Part shown: positions 47,496 through 58,272 of the stretch, piece by piece
Position numbering within the stretch: the first letter of the stretch is position 1
Layout: each line of letters opens with the position of its first letter
Source: a virus
Lineage: Duplodnaviria > Caudoviricetes
DNA length: 64,000 nucleotides
Reading direction: 5' to 3' (one strand)
IMG/VR virus record: IMGVR_UViG_3300020046_003652
Span: 11,448 to 75,447 of that record
The notes under the pieces: generated by a model
What the model was told of the DNA's origin: nothing
The model's input: only the letters and a program-made list of their open reading frames with translations
Databases searched by the model: none
Translations under genes and position numbers: made by a program

Positions 47496-49038
47496 CTGTA
47501 TTCTCCTCTGTAAAATATTCAGGTGCAATTTCTTCAAACTGTTTTCCTGTTGCCCAAGTAATTGCAGTTCTTAATATTTCTCTTCCCTTTGCTGTAATAA
47601 ACTCTGCGCATTTTGGACTATTAAAAGAAAGTCCTGTCGCCCCGTAGAATCCGTAAAAGCTGTTTAATATTCCTTTGGCTGCGGTATCCATATCTTTATA
47701 GTGTTGAAGTCCGGTTTCTGCTGCAAGTCTTTTGTACTCTAGTCTGTTCTTTTTGAATTCCTTAACCAATGTTAATAGGTAAGCATTTGGATCTTTTTCT
47801 TTATCATATACTTCATGTGCAATTATTATCGATGGGTACATAGCAGCACAATCAAATTTTGCTACGTTATCATAAATACCTGCTCTCCCCCAACTCAAAG
47901 CGCCCTCAAACTTGTTTGTTTCTGATGCTTTAGGTAAAGAGTGCCCTTGTTGTAAATATGCTCGCATCATCATTGAATTGATTTGACTACCAGACGCAGT
48001 TAACAATACTTTACTAAATGATTTGGGGACCATCTGACTAGTATAGAAGAACAGGCTACCCATTAGATCCCAAAGCTTAATTGCATCATCTGCATCGTCT
48101 TTACAATATTCCTTAATCTTTCTAAATTCTTCTGGATCTTTGTATTTGAATCTTATTTGACTTGCATCGTAAAAGGTACGTCCAGGTGTTTCTAGCCCAA
48201 GCTGCGCAATTAACGATTTTAATCCGTATGATTCCATTGCTCTTGCTACATCATATTTAATAGCAAGAAAATAAGTATCTACTATCTCTCTTCCAAATAT
48301 AGAGGCTTCATGATAATGAAGATCTCTTGTTCCATCCAATCTAAAATTTGACTCACGACTTGAAAACTTTATTTCTGACCCATCTCTTCCCCAATTCAAA
48401 GAAGTACCATTATCTTGTGCTATCTGTGCTAAATATGGTAAATCAAATGCTATTAGATTATGTCCAATAATTAATGCTGGGTTGTAGAGCTGTACATGAC
48501 TATTCATTGCTTCTATTAATTCTTTAGGAGAAGGGTATTCGTCATATGCATAGAATTTTTTAATAGTAACATCTTTGAATCTAAATGTTGTAGATAAACA
48601 AAGAACCATGGCATCTTCATTTAATGGATCTAACCCTGTTGTTTCTATGTCTAGAGATAGTAAAGATACATCTTTTGGATGCATTCCTTTAAAATAAGAA
48701 ATTCCATCTTTAATCATTGCTGATTCTTTTTCATTCCATACCGTAGTAATATCATTATTCTTTTTAAATATAGCTCTAAACTTTTGAAAATCTTGTCTAG
48801 ATGTGTATTGTTTTCCCCATTTATAATGTAAATCACCTTTAAGTCTAACCCAATCTCTTTGTACTTGTTTGTCAGATAATAACCAATATTTATTAGGTTC
48901 TATCTTAGTTTCAACAGTACCATCTTCATTTTGAATGAATAATTCAATATTAGAACCGTCTTCATGATCAACAACTTCCAACCCTACGACTTTTTCAAAT
49001 TGATTCTTACCGAAAATCAAGGGATCATAAAGACTCAT
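47476..49038 (-). CDS. polB: Family B DNA polymerase, N-terminal subunit (3'-5' exonuclease plus motifs A and B)
   Basis: LDIETTG, GHNLIAFD, YCKDD, FDCAAMYPS and KGILNSFYG; likely start MSLYD at 49038. Confidence 0.9.
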   Translation of the reverse strand: MSLYDPLIFGKNQFEKVVGLEVVDHEDGSNIELFIQNEDGTVETKIEPNKYWLLSDKQVQRDWVRLKGDLHYKWGKQYTSRQDFQKFRAIFKKNNDITTVWNEKESAMIKDGISYFKGMHPKDVSLLSLDIETTGLDPLNEDAMVLCLSTTFRFKDVTIKKFYAYDEYPSPKELIEAMNSHVQLYNPALIIGHNLIAFDLPYLAQIAQDNGTSLNWGRDGSEIKFSSRESNFRLDGTRDLHYHEASIFGREIVDTYFLAIKYDVARAMESYGLKSLIAQLGLETPGRTFYDASQIRFKYKDPEEFRKIKEYCKDDADDAIKLWDLMGSLFFYTSQMVPKSFSKVLLTASGSQINSMMMRAYLQQGHSLPKASETNKFEGALSWGRAGIYDNVAKFDCAAMYPSIIIAHEVYDKEKDPNAYLLTLVKEFKKNRLEYKRLAAETGLQHYKDMDTAAKGILNSFYGFYGATGLSFNSPKCAEFITAKGREILRTAITWATGKQFEEIAPEYFTEENTDDTEET

Positions 49039-49977
49039 AATAATTCTCCCTAAATGGAAGAGAACTTGACCATCTATCAAAATATGTATTATAGTAAGAA
49101 ATAAAATTTAGGCTATGTTCGAATCTATCATCTTTATCGTACAGTTTGAAACCTAATATTAAGTTATTACGAAAAGATTTTATTCCTATTTTCATAAAAC
49201 AACCTCAATCCAATCTATATGACAGGAATACTCGTCATCGAATATACCATCATATCTACCTATGTATCCGTATAAATCCCAAGCACACATATGAATATTC
49301 TTTCTTTTTAAGTATACAAGATATATGTAATTAGGTCCAGCACTAATTCCTAGTTTCATAATATATTATATCTATCTTTTCCTATTGGTTTTGTACTTGA
49401 CCAACAATCAATTGAAGCATTATTATGTATAAACGTTAAGGTAAAGTTTCTTCCATAATTAGGATACATAATTTCATAAACTAATACTTTAAAGTCCAAT
49501 TCTTCACTGAACATGGCATGTCTATATTTAGTTCCTATATTCATTAAACTCCACCTATGTTAGTAATAATTCCTGAATACTTAATTATTCCTCCAGCAGT
49601 TGAAGTTATATTTGAATTTGCTGATAAATAAACAAATGCATTGGGTTTATTAGAATAGGCAATATACTTCCCATTTTCAAAATTATTATAACTTATTGGG
49701 GTTACATGAAAACCATCGCTACCATAACTAAACCATTCGCTAGGTTTATTGATAGGATTATAATATATTAACATATGGTTGTCTATAAAATTTAATAAAT
49801 ATGTCATAATATCTTTTTATTTGTACTATCTCTTACGTGTTGTTTTGCTAATAACTTAGATGAGAAAAACCAAAGGAAGTTATCAATATGTAAATGATCT
49901 CCGAGTATTGCTCTTTTGTTTTTATGAAAATAAAAATCTAAATAATCATTTATTATTGTAGTTTTGACTATAACCAT
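49025..49977 (-). other. Array of 5 mini-ORFs (49804-49977, 49544-49807, 49356-49544, 49192-49359, 49025-49195)
   Basis: 57, 87, 62, 55 and 56 aa; three TTA-TGA/ATG junctions. Confidence 0.7.
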
Positions 49978-49979
49978 TA

Positions 49980-50318
49980 CTAATTACCTTCATCTTTATT
50001 CTTAGGTATAGATACAGCACTAAGTCTTTGTTCTTCTTCAGTAACTTCTTTTACTATTTCAACTGTAATAACATTATTCTTCTTAACAGCTCTAGATATA
50101 GTCAAAGCATCATCTGATAAATAAATGTATTCATCGTCTATTTCTAACATATATCCAGCAGCTACTAAAGGAATTAAGGCATTATCAGTTGCAGCCATTG
50201 GACCAGAACATACAATCTCAACTAATTCACCTATAAACGATAAATAGAATACATTGTGAATACTAGTACTATTTTGACTTACTTGTTCTTCTTTTGTTTT
50301 CTTTTTAATTTTAGCCAT
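49980..50318 (-). CDS. Hypothetical protein (small beta-barrel-like)
   Basis: 112 aa, AAGGAAG RBS. Confidence 0.55.
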   Translation of the reverse strand: MAKIKKKTKEEQVSQNSTSIHNVFYLSFIGELVEIVCSGPMAATDNALIPLVAAGYMLEIDDEYIYLSDDALTISRAVKKNNVITVEIVKEVTEEEQRLSAVSIPKNKDEGN

Positions 50319-50476
50319 AACTTCCTTTATAATATTCTATCATCTTTTGTATTAAATTCGACATCGGAATTTATTTGAATGAAATGTTCAACTTCATTGT
50401 GTGAATTCATATGAATAACTATTACTAAGTCTTTATTAACCGAAATCCACATATTTGTTCTATATATACTTATCAT

Positions 50477-52438
50477 TTAGTTCCATCCAGTGTCCTCTTT
50501 TGATTCTTTTTCTTCTTGTGCTTTTCTATTACGTACTTGTTTTAAATGATCAATTTGAAATTCGTCTAATTGATAAATTTCTCCTGTAGCTCCTGACCAT
50601 CCTAAATCTAATGTGAATAATTCTCCCATTCGATTCTTTAAACATTTAATAGTAATGAACTGATCGTCTTCTGGATGTCTTGGATCATACCCTGGTCTAG
50701 ACATACCTAAAATTATACTCAGGGCCTGCTCCGACGAACTAGAACCCTTCAAATTTCTATATGACTTCAATTCATCTGCTGGAGTACCTGCCATTTTATT
50801 TGGCTGCAATAGTACAATGATACAAATATTTAACTTAGTGGCTATTTCTCTAAGTTTTTGGGCAACTTGTGCACTTCCTGCAGTCATATCAGCAAAATCA
50901 GTTAATACTAGTTCACTGTAATCTACTACTGCTAATCTTAGTTTTTTCCCTGTCTTTTCTTCTGTATATTTAATAGTTTTTTCTATGTTTTCTGGAGTCA
51001 TTCCAGTTTTAAAACAAAAGTCAACATTCTGATATTCTTTTTTTAATACATCTACTACTTTTTTCTGAAAATTAACATCGCCATTTTTAAATTTTTCAAA
51101 TATTTCTTTATCTGATACTTTTAAATGTTTTTGTACTAACTTTTGAAACACTAAAGCATGATACATATCAAAACTAAAGAAAATAGATTGTTCGTTAGTA
51201 TTAGACATATTATTCAAAATCTGTAATGATAATGTGGTCTTGCCAACCCCTGGTCCTGCGACAACTCCTACAGTCATTCCGATTGTCATTCGTGCTTTTT
51301 CATCTAAAGGTTTAATTCCTGTTTTAATAGTTAATTTATCAATATTAACTGCATAATCTTTAAACATATCAAACGCTGAATCTATGGATATAGTAGGTTC
51401 TTCATCTGTATCATTAGGATCAATGCCTATTCTTTTACTATACTGTTGTAACCAAACGTTATTTTTAATACTATATGAACCTCCATTCCATTTATCGCTA
51501 TACACGGTATATAGTATATTACTATCTAAATCTTCAACTGGAGGTTTTTTAGTATTAGCTTGGAATTTCTCATCAAAAGTTATACATAATGCTCTAGTCA
51601 TCTCTTCTGGATAGCCCAAACCTTTGCAAGTTGCTGCAATAACCATTAAAGCTTCGTGTCTTTCTGATTCTTTAACTTGAACAGCATTTAATAGTGCCCA
51701 TTTATAGTCAGGCCAATGTCTAGGCTTATTACTTAAAGATAAACTAGTTACTGGAGTTACTACTTGTTTTTCTGGAACAACTTCTTCTTTAAAGTATTCT
51801 TCTGATATCTCAGTATTTCCCCAATTAAACTCACTAGTTACATTATTAATATCTTTTGCTAATACTTTAATCTTATCCATAGACAAGGTACTAAGCTGTT
51901 GTACTGTCAATGGAATCTTGTACAATCCTGTTTTATTCATCGTCCAAGGTACTCTTAAAATTTGACTTGCATCAAAAAGTGATGTGTCAAAAGTTTGTAA
52001 TCCTTGAGCAAACTTAGTCGCTGCTAATTGAGTTTGTCTTGGAGTTAATTCTTTGTTTAAAGTGATGATAACATGAAATCCTTTATTACCAGAATAATAG
52101 GCTTCTATGTCTTTTTCTTTTATTCCTTGAGTAATGAATCGTTTACATAGCTCTTGTGCATCTTTCTTAGCATTATCTGGAGTTTTTTCATCGTCAAAAT
52201 CAAATACTAGCTTATTAGTTTTAACGTCTGTCACTCCACGTAATGAACCTTTTTCTTTTAGAATCTTAACATGATTATCGTTGTAATAATATACACTCTG
52301 ATACCAGTCAGTGTTAATACCTGACTTATCATTTTCAATAACGTCTACTACTTTATTAGGTTCAACTAAAGTAGGAAGTCCAGATAAACCTTTTTTAAGT
52401 ACTACATATTTATTGTTTGTATTAGACATATTGTTCAT
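50477..52438 (-). CDS. Primase-helicase (AEP/PrimPol-type primase fused to SF4 DnaB-like helicase)
   Basis: FDFDD and SGNKGFHV primase motifs; AGPGVGKT, VVDY, LLQPN and KNRMG helicase motifs. Confidence 0.85.
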   Translation of the reverse strand: MNNMSNTNNKYVVLKKGLSGLPTLVEPNKVVDVIENDKSGINTDWYQSVYYYNDNHVKILKEKGSLRGVTDVKTNKLVFDFDDEKTPDNAKKDAQELCKRFITQGIKEKDIEAYYSGNKGFHVIITLNKELTPRQTQLAATKFAQGLQTFDTSLFDASQILRVPWTMNKTGLYKIPLTVQQLSTLSMDKIKVLAKDINNVTSEFNWGNTEISEEYFKEEVVPEKQVVTPVTSLSLSNKPRHWPDYKWALLNAVQVKESERHEALMVIAATCKGLGYPEEMTRALCITFDEKFQANTKKPPVEDLDSNILYTVYSDKWNGGSYSIKNNVWLQQYSKRIGIDPNDTDEEPTISIDSAFDMFKDYAVNIDKLTIKTGIKPLDEKARMTIGMTVGVVAGPGVGKTTLSLQILNNMSNTNEQSIFFSFDMYHALVFQKLVQKHLKVSDKEIFEKFKNGDVNFQKKVVDVLKKEYQNVDFCFKTGMTPENIEKTIKYTEEKTGKKLRLAVVDYSELVLTDFADMTAGSAQVAQKLREIATKLNICIIVLLQPNKMAGTPADELKSYRNLKGSSSSEQALSIILGMSRPGYDPRHPEDDQFITIKCLKNRMGELFTLDLGWSGATGEIYQLDEFQIDHLKQVRNRKAQEEKESKEDTGWN

Positions 52439-52456
52439 GTGTTCCTTTTTCTTTTT

Positions 52457-52485
52457 AGTGTATCAAATTATTATAACAAAGTCAA
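52457..52485 (-). promoter_or_regulatory. Sigma70-type promoter
   Basis: TTGACT-17-TACACT. Confidence 0.65.
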
Positions 52486-53279
52486 TGTTGAATATTCTAG
52501 TCCATTCCATGTGAATAGTCCTCCTAGAGTCCCTATATGTGCATACGGAAATAACGGATATACAGGACAATCGTAACTTATGAAAAATTCAGCACCTATG
52601 TATATTTTCATAAATGTTTCAATTTCTTATAATATTGAATATTAGTTCCAATTAAATATCCTCCTCGTCCATTGTCGTAGTTAAAAAACATAGAGTATTC
52701 GTACTCTTCAAATGCTTCAATATGATACGTTAATGAATGATACAGATGTTCAGCTACTTTAGATTTATATATTTTCATAAGTATTTTAATTTATCTTTGT
52801 CGATAGACCCATAACCACTAGTAAACAACCTACAATAAGCATCTGCGTATATTTGATATTTAAATTCAAAATCTTTAACATATATTAGATTATAGTTAGG
52901 TACTTTGCCTGTTACATACCAATTGCATGATAATTTCATAAATTATATAACTCCGACATACCACGATGTGTAAAACAATCGATGTGTGTATCATATGCCA
53001 TTAATTCCCCATCAGTATCAAAATAGAAAATCTCATTAAATGCTAAGGTAGTTGGTCCTAACCAATGCATTTTTCTTGAACTATAGAAAGTATTATGTTT
53101 TGTCCCATTACTTTTATTTACTAATCTTGATAATTTCATAAATATCCTTCAACCATTAAGTGATCTTCATTCCAAAAAAAAACATACCCAGTTCCTGTAA
53201 TATAAAAATAAGTAGTCTTAGTAGTTAATTGTAACACGTCGGTCATTCCATATATACATGATTTTAGTTTAAATGACAT
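52471..53279 (-). other. Array of 5 mini-ORFs (53136-53279, 52936-53139, 52775-52939, 52608-52778, 52471-52611)
   Basis: 47, 67, 54, 56 and 46 aa; all four junctions are TTA-TGA/ATG-AAA. Confidence 0.75.
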
Positions 53280-53442
53280 ATGCCTCCAAATAAAAATGGA
53301 TGAGAAATACCACATCTTGTAATATCTCTCATCCTGAGACTAGTAACTTATTAATTTATGTTAGAACTTATTGTTCACGTCAAATGTTGAATTTATATTA
53401 ATAACTTACGTATATACCATCCATAGTTATTACAAAATATAA

Positions 53443-53733
53443 TTACGATTCTTTATTTACTAAAACCAACTCGCCTAAAACATAATCAGGTATTTTGCTG
53501 ATACGTTCACGAGCTTTTTCTGCATTCTCTTCTGATAATTTACCAGCAGAAACAGCAGCTTCTAATGATTTAAGTTGATAAGATTTAGATTCTACTGATA
53601 GAATTTGACCATCAGAAACAGTCAACGTTCCACCTGTATTTTTAAGATAAAACTTAAGATAATTAGATTTATCTGCATCTTTGTTTTTTACAACTTGACC
53701 TACGATAGTTCTTTTGTACTTTGGTTTAAACAT
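53443..53733 (-). CDS. Hypothetical protein (possible ssDNA-binding OB fold)
   Basis: 96 aa in the ERF operon; function is a guess from context. Confidence 0.4.
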   Translation of the reverse strand: MFKPKYKRTIVGQVVKNKDADKSNYLKFYLKNTGGTLTVSDGQILSVESKSYQLKSLEAAVSAGKLSEENAEKARERISKIPDYVLGELVLVNKES

Positions 53734-54130
53734 TTGATTCTCCTTGTGTATTTGTTTCTTCTACTTTATTTTGTTCTAAAATTTTCTGTCCTTCTTCTGC
53801 CTTCTGTAACTCTAAACTTAGTTGCATAACAACTCGGTTGAAAATCATCTGATCTCCAAGATACATAGCCGATCTTTCTTTATCTGTTTTAAGTCTATTA
53901 GCAGCTGGTACTAGCTCTTTAGCTGCAAGATTTAAACATAACCGCTCTAGTTCATTGCGAGATAGAACACTAAGCATACCTTTAAATCTAGGATATTCTA
54001 GTTGAAAGAATGCAGCAGCAACGTCTTCTGGAGATAATCCAGTTTGAGTCTTAAGCTCATTCTCTAATTCTTCTCTAGTCATTTCATTAGGATTTAGTAT
54101 TTCTTGTTTTGGTAAAGTATCTTCGCTCAT
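53726..54130 (-). CDS. Hypothetical helical protein
   Basis: 134 aa in the tiled operon. Confidence 0.55.
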   Translation of the reverse strand: MSEDTLPKQEILNPNEMTREELENELKTQTGLSPEDVAAAFFQLEYPRFKGMLSVLSRNELERLCLNLAAKELVPAANRLKTDKERSAMYLGDQMIFNRVVMQLSLELQKAEEGQKILEQNKVEETNTQGESNV

Positions 54131-54363
54131 TTGAACATTCCTTTTATTGATAGCATATATTGGTTTAGTTTAAAAGTCAATCTAGAATCACGTTTAATTG
54201 CTTCTTCTGTTAATTCTTCCATGCTTTTAAGTAATAACTTTTGTAATACGTTATTATTACATACAAATAAGTAAGTATTTAATTTAGTAAAAGCTTCATC
54301 TAGTTCTTGGTTTTCTGGAGTATCAGCCATTCCTGGATACTCTGAGCTGTGTCTACTTGACAT
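54127..54363 (-). CDS. Hypothetical protein
   Basis: Likely start MSSRH at 54363 with AGGAG RBS. Confidence 0.5.
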   Translation of the reverse strand: MSSRHSSEYPGMADTPENQELDEAFTKLNTYLFVCNNNVLQKLLLKSMEELTEEAIKRDSRLTFKLNQYMLSIKGMFK

Positions 54364-54522
54364 TAATACTCTCCTTTGCTTCTTGATACCCTTTATAAGC
54401 AGATTGAAGAATTCCCAACATAGCAATTATTCCAATTGCAGGATGAGTGAATATAGTAAGTCCTACACATACTCCTATTGCCAATCCTGTAATCATTTGT
54501 ACTAGTTGTTTTAGTATTTCTA

Positions 54523-55068
54523 TCATGACCAACCTTCTTCTGTTGTAGGAGCTGCTACTTGTACTGGTTGTGATTTAGGTTTTCTGAAACTACCAGTTTG
54601 AGATGGTGCAGCTATTGTAGCTACTTCTTGTTTAGTCTCTTCTTTAGAAGCAGAAGAAGACTTACCTCTACCCATACTAGCTTCTCCGTCATCATCGTCT
54701 GCACCAAGAGATACAAATGCTTGTAGGCCGTATCGTCTAGCATAAGATACAGCAGATCCATAAGCTTGTGGATCGTTTTGTTTAGCACAAACTACTTCAG
54801 TATCTGAACACATATATTGTCCAGACTCATGTAACAACGTAGTACGAACATAAGATTTTCCTTCTTTTTGTACCATTGGTTGTAGTACTGAAATCCCATG
54901 CTTAGCTAATGCTGGTTCAGACGCTTCTCTCACAGCATTTAGATCTGCAAATTTAGATTTAAAGAATGGATTTCTTGCATCTTTAATTGCATTAGTCATT
55001 TCTTTTTTAGCAGCCAAAATTGCTGGTGCTAATTTATCTATTGTTGTACTCATTACAAGATTTGTCAT
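54523..55068 (-). CDS. erf: ERF-family single-strand annealing protein
   Basis: NPFFKSKFADL...QPM...LLHESGQ...DPQAYGSAVSYARRY...DDDG. Confidence 0.9.
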   Translation of the reverse strand: MTNLVMSTTIDKLAPAILAAKKEMTNAIKDARNPFFKSKFADLNAVREASEPALAKHGISVLQPMVQKEGKSYVRTTLLHESGQYMCSDTEVVCAKQNDPQAYGSAVSYARRYGLQAFVSLGADDDDGEASMGRGKSSSASKEETKQEVATIAAPSQTGSFRKPKSQPVQVAAPTTEEGWS

Positions 55069-55078
55069 ATTGTTTCCT

Positions 55079-55390
55079 TTAATTAAATAATTTTTTAGCT
55101 ACGTTAATTTTAAACCGCTCTTGAGCGCCCATCTTAGTTCCATCTTCACCATGTAAAATCCAATTACCAGTTTGTTTAGTTAATGGATCAATAGGGATTT
55201 CAGCAACTACCCAAGCGTTATTTAAATAGATAATAGAAAAAGCAGCACTACTAAAGTTAGCAACAGAAGCACTTGTTTGCTCTAATGAAACGTTAGAGGT
55301 TTGTTCATCGTTTGCAAATGATACTCCAAGACCAGATAAAGTATTAGCTTCTAGTTGCACTTCTTCTTTTTTAGACTTTGATTTAAACAT
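55079..55390 (-). CDS. Hypothetical early protein
   Basis: AGGAG RBS downstream of TTGACA-16-TATAAT (55441-55414). Confidence 0.6.
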   Translation of the reverse strand: MFKSKSKKEEVQLEANTLSGLGVSFANDEQTSNVSLEQTSASVANFSSAAFSIIYLNNAWVVAEIPIDPLTKQTGNWILHGEDGTKMGAQERFKINVAKKLFN

Positions 55391-55413
55391 AGTTTTCTCC
55401 TTAATGTTTATTT

Positions 55414-55441
55414 ATTATACACTATATAATTGTAATGTCAA
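55414..55441 (-). promoter_or_regulatory. Sigma70-type promoter
   Basis: TTGACA-16-TATAAT. Confidence 0.65.
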
Positions 55442-56115
55442 TTCTTATTTTTATTATTTAATTCTTTTATTAATCGATTAGTACGTAAGGCTGCAGCTTG
55501 ACTAGTTCCTTTTTGGGTAATACCTCCAGCATTTATGTATTCTCCCATTTCCCAAAATTTAACATATTTACCATAGTTACTGAATTTACTACGTTTACCT
55601 TTAGGATTAATTGAACCTACTACTTGAATACGACGATCTACACAGGCTGGATATATGTTACAATTTTTATCTAGGTTCTTACCAAAATTACCAGCACTAG
55701 CTACAATATTAATACCTTGCTTTAATAATTCATTCATTGCTATAATTTCAATAACGTCTACGTGTGTTCCTTGTATAGACATATTTATAATATCTGGATT
55801 TAAGTCTTTAACATATACTAACATTTGTTTGTATTTAGCATAATCAAAAGGTGATTCTTCACTAAAGATTTTAATAAATATAACACAATAATCTACTTTT
55901 TCTAGATCTTTAGCTATTATATGTACTATGTTTTGACCATGTGGAGTATTATCTTCCATAGTCTTATCTTGTGTTATGTTTCTATCGTATATACCATTAT
56001 CACATGATTTAAACGTTCGAGCATTTACATAATATCCAGAATCCATAACAACTACACGTATTTGTTTAGCATAAGATAACATAGGTAATAATAAAAGAGT
56101 TACTAGTAATTTCAT
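55438..56115 (-). CDS. Secreted subtilisin-like (S8) serine protease
   Basis: Signal peptide MKLLVTLLLLPMLSYA; VVVMDSG (Asp), HGQNI (His), SAGN (oxyanion) and GTSQAA (Ser). Confidence 0.85.
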   Translation of the reverse strand: MKLLVTLLLLPMLSYAKQIRVVVMDSGYYVNARTFKSCDNGIYDRNITQDKTMEDNTPHGQNIVHIIAKDLEKVDYCVIFIKIFSEESPFDYAKYKQMLVYVKDLNPDIINMSIQGTHVDVIEIIAMNELLKQGINIVASAGNFGKNLDKNCNIYPACVDRRIQVVGSINPKGKRSKFSNYGKYVKFWEMGEYINAGGITQKGTSQAAALRTNRLIKELNNKNKN

Positions 56116-56842
56116 AGCCATGTATACTCACCTGCTTCTTCATCGTGGTCCAACCCACTTACTAATACTCCGGTATGTAATGTTGCCCATTCTCTGTGTT
56201 TTATATTATAATATAAATTCTGTAAATTATATTTACTTAAAAATAATCTCATATAAAAATAAATCTTTCTTCTTGTTCTCTGATTAATTTAGGTTCATTA
56301 CCGTTCATTGACCATCCAACAAAGGACCCTTCATTGGTTATAGTATTAAGTATATATTCTTTATAATAAAAACAATACCTATTTGTTTCTATGAATAATC
56401 TCATAAATAATGTATCCCTGAATCTTCTATTTCATCCCAAACGTGTTCTTCGTGATAATAAAACGTATTTAAATGCATATACCATATTTCTGTTTTACTA
56501 GACTCTATATATAATATATTATCATATAATTCGTAAGTAATTTTAAATAATTTCATAAAAAATTAAAATTCACATAATCTTTGTTTGTTAAATCGTTTTC
56601 GGTATTCATATTACCGTATTGACTAAAAGTGTACCATGAATATATATAATCAGTAAAGTATATTTGATGTTTTACTCTTGGTGACATAAATATCTTCATA
56701 TTTGTTTAATATCTTTACATAAACCTGTTAAAAAATCACTAGCTAATATTCCACTACGACTTATTCCTAAACCCCAACCTGAATGTTCATCAACGTTATA
56801 AAATATAAAAGATATATGTGTAAAGTTTCCTATAAACAACAT
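56112..56842 (-). other. Array of 5 mini-ORFs (56696-56842, 56553-56699, 56401-56556, 56249-56404, 56112-56252)
   Basis: 48, 48, 51, 51 and 46 aa; all ATGA-overlapped and chained into the subtilase start. Confidence 0.75.
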
Positions 56843-57681
56843 TACTTATCGCTCTTTTCCACTAACCCTGTACTATCTTTATTATTACAGTAGTTAAAGT
56901 AGGTGCATTTGCCGAACTTATTTGTGCAGTTCTGTGTATTCTTTTCAAATTTAGCTTCTTTAATTCCATTCAATACTGTTTCATATTCATTGAATGTTTT
57001 CTCTACTGTATCTTCTGATACTGTATCAATTATAACTTTAATATCTATCGCTGGTTTCTTTTTCTTGTTAATCTTCTTAGGTAATACTATATAAGCACAT
57101 GCATCTAACTTGTACTCTTCTTTTAATGGATCAAAATACGTTGCTAGTTGTGCGCTATTCTTAACACTGTCTGCTTCATACTTAACTGAACTAGTCTTGT
57201 TATCTACTAGTAAAATTCTACCATCTTCCCATTCACATATGAAGTCTGTCTTTATTACTAGTTCATCGTTTGTATGATTCTTTATTGTTTGATCTAATTG
57301 TACTTTAATTACTCGTTTAATCCTTGGCATTATCTGTTCATTATACTCGGTAATTAATATATTACCTTTTTCATATAACGATAACCAAGACTTATCTTTT
57401 TCATTTCTAGGTTCAACATCTTCTATTAAATGTTCTTCTAAATCTGACTTAGTGTACTTAATGTTTTGATTATCTCTAAACATTGTCCAATATTCTTGAA
57501 ACTTAATAAGAGCTTCATTTAAACTTCTAGTCTCTAGTAAGGTGTTAAGCCCAACGTCTACTGCAGCTCCAAATGCAAAACTTGACTTCTCTTCTGTTGG
57601 TCTTAGTTTTCTCATGTAATGGAGATACCACTGGTATGCGCAGCCTAAATAGTTTTCCTTTGAGGAATGACTAATTCTCAT
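56842..57681 (-). CDS. PD-(D/E)XK / Cas4-like exonuclease with Fe-S-type Cys motif
   Basis: SHSS....LGC.YQWY, KTDF, VDNKTS, QLATY and C-terminal C......C.....C. Confidence 0.85.
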   Translation of the reverse strand: MRISHSSKENYLGCAYQWYLHYMRKLRPTEEKSSFAFGAAVDVGLNTLLETRSLNEALIKFQEYWTMFRDNQNIKYTKSDLEEHLIEDVEPRNEKDKSWLSLYEKGNILITEYNEQIMPRIKRVIKVQLDQTIKNHTNDELVIKTDFICEWEDGRILLVDNKTSSVKYEADSVKNSAQLATYFDPLKEEYKLDACAYIVLPKKINKKKKPAIDIKVIIDTVSEDTVEKTFNEYETVLNGIKEAKFEKNTQNCTNKFGKCTYFNYCNNKDSTGLVEKSDK

Positions 57682-57833
57682 AAATATTTACCTTTATAGA
57701 ACAAAGGGTTAGATGTCGCTGTAAATGAATTAGTATTTGCTTTTTCATTTATAAAATCACAGTACAATATATTACCATTCATTCCATGAAATCTATGAAA
57801 TTTTAAATAGAAATTAGTTGGTAATAGATACAT
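57678..57833 (-). CDS. 51-aa mini-ORF
   Basis: Hand-translated; ends with a TTA-TGA overlap onto the nuclease ATG. Confidence 0.5.
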   Translation of the reverse strand: MYLLPTNFYLKFHRFHGMNGNILYCDFINEKANTNSFTATSNPLFYKGKYL

Positions 57834-57838
57834 TTTAT

Positions 57839-58036
57839 TCATTTTTTTAAACACTTATCCTTGAATTCTTTTACAGTTAATATCTTACCATTAGATCCAA
57901 CAGAACAGTTAGTTAAATCTTCAAAACAACTAATACTTGATTCTGTTTTATCATAAGAGCTTTTAAAAGAACTATTAGGAGTTGAAGCCCCAGTACATAA
58001 AACAAATATAAGTTGAACTAATACTTCTTCTGTCAT
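57839..58036 (-). CDS. Small Cys-containing exported/hypothetical protein
   Basis: Hydrophobic N-terminus, several Cys. Confidence 0.45.
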   Translation of the reverse strand: MTEEVLVQLIFVLCTGASTPNSSFKSSYDKTESSISCFEDLTNCSVGSNGKILTVKEFKDKCLKK

Positions 58037-58272
58037 TTCTTATCCTTTAACCATTTGATTTTAACGTTACACCAATCGCTATGATATTCTGGACTATCGT
58101 CTTTACCCATAGTAACAGTTACACCACATTCACACTTATTTGTCAAGTCTGTTTCTTTATATTCTGATTCAGTTTTATTCTCACTGCTTGAGTAGCCCCA
58201 AAAAGAACTATCATCCCATCCATTAGTAATACCTTTAGGTAATCTAGACATATGTTCCTTAATAATGTTCAT
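58033..58272 (-). CDS. Hypothetical protein with CEC...H..WC motif
   Basis: KCECG...EYHSDWC putative Zn site. Confidence 0.5.
   Translation of the reverse strand: MNIIKEHMSRLPKGITNGWDDSSFWGYSSSENKTESEYKETDLTNKCECGVTVTMGKDDSPEYHSDWCNVKIKWLKDKK

Noticed and set aside
56842-57681. Cas4-like nuclease as part of a CRISPR system
   Set aside because: Stand-alone PD-(D/E)XK nucleases near ERF are ordinary phage recombination genes, and no array or cas1 is seen.
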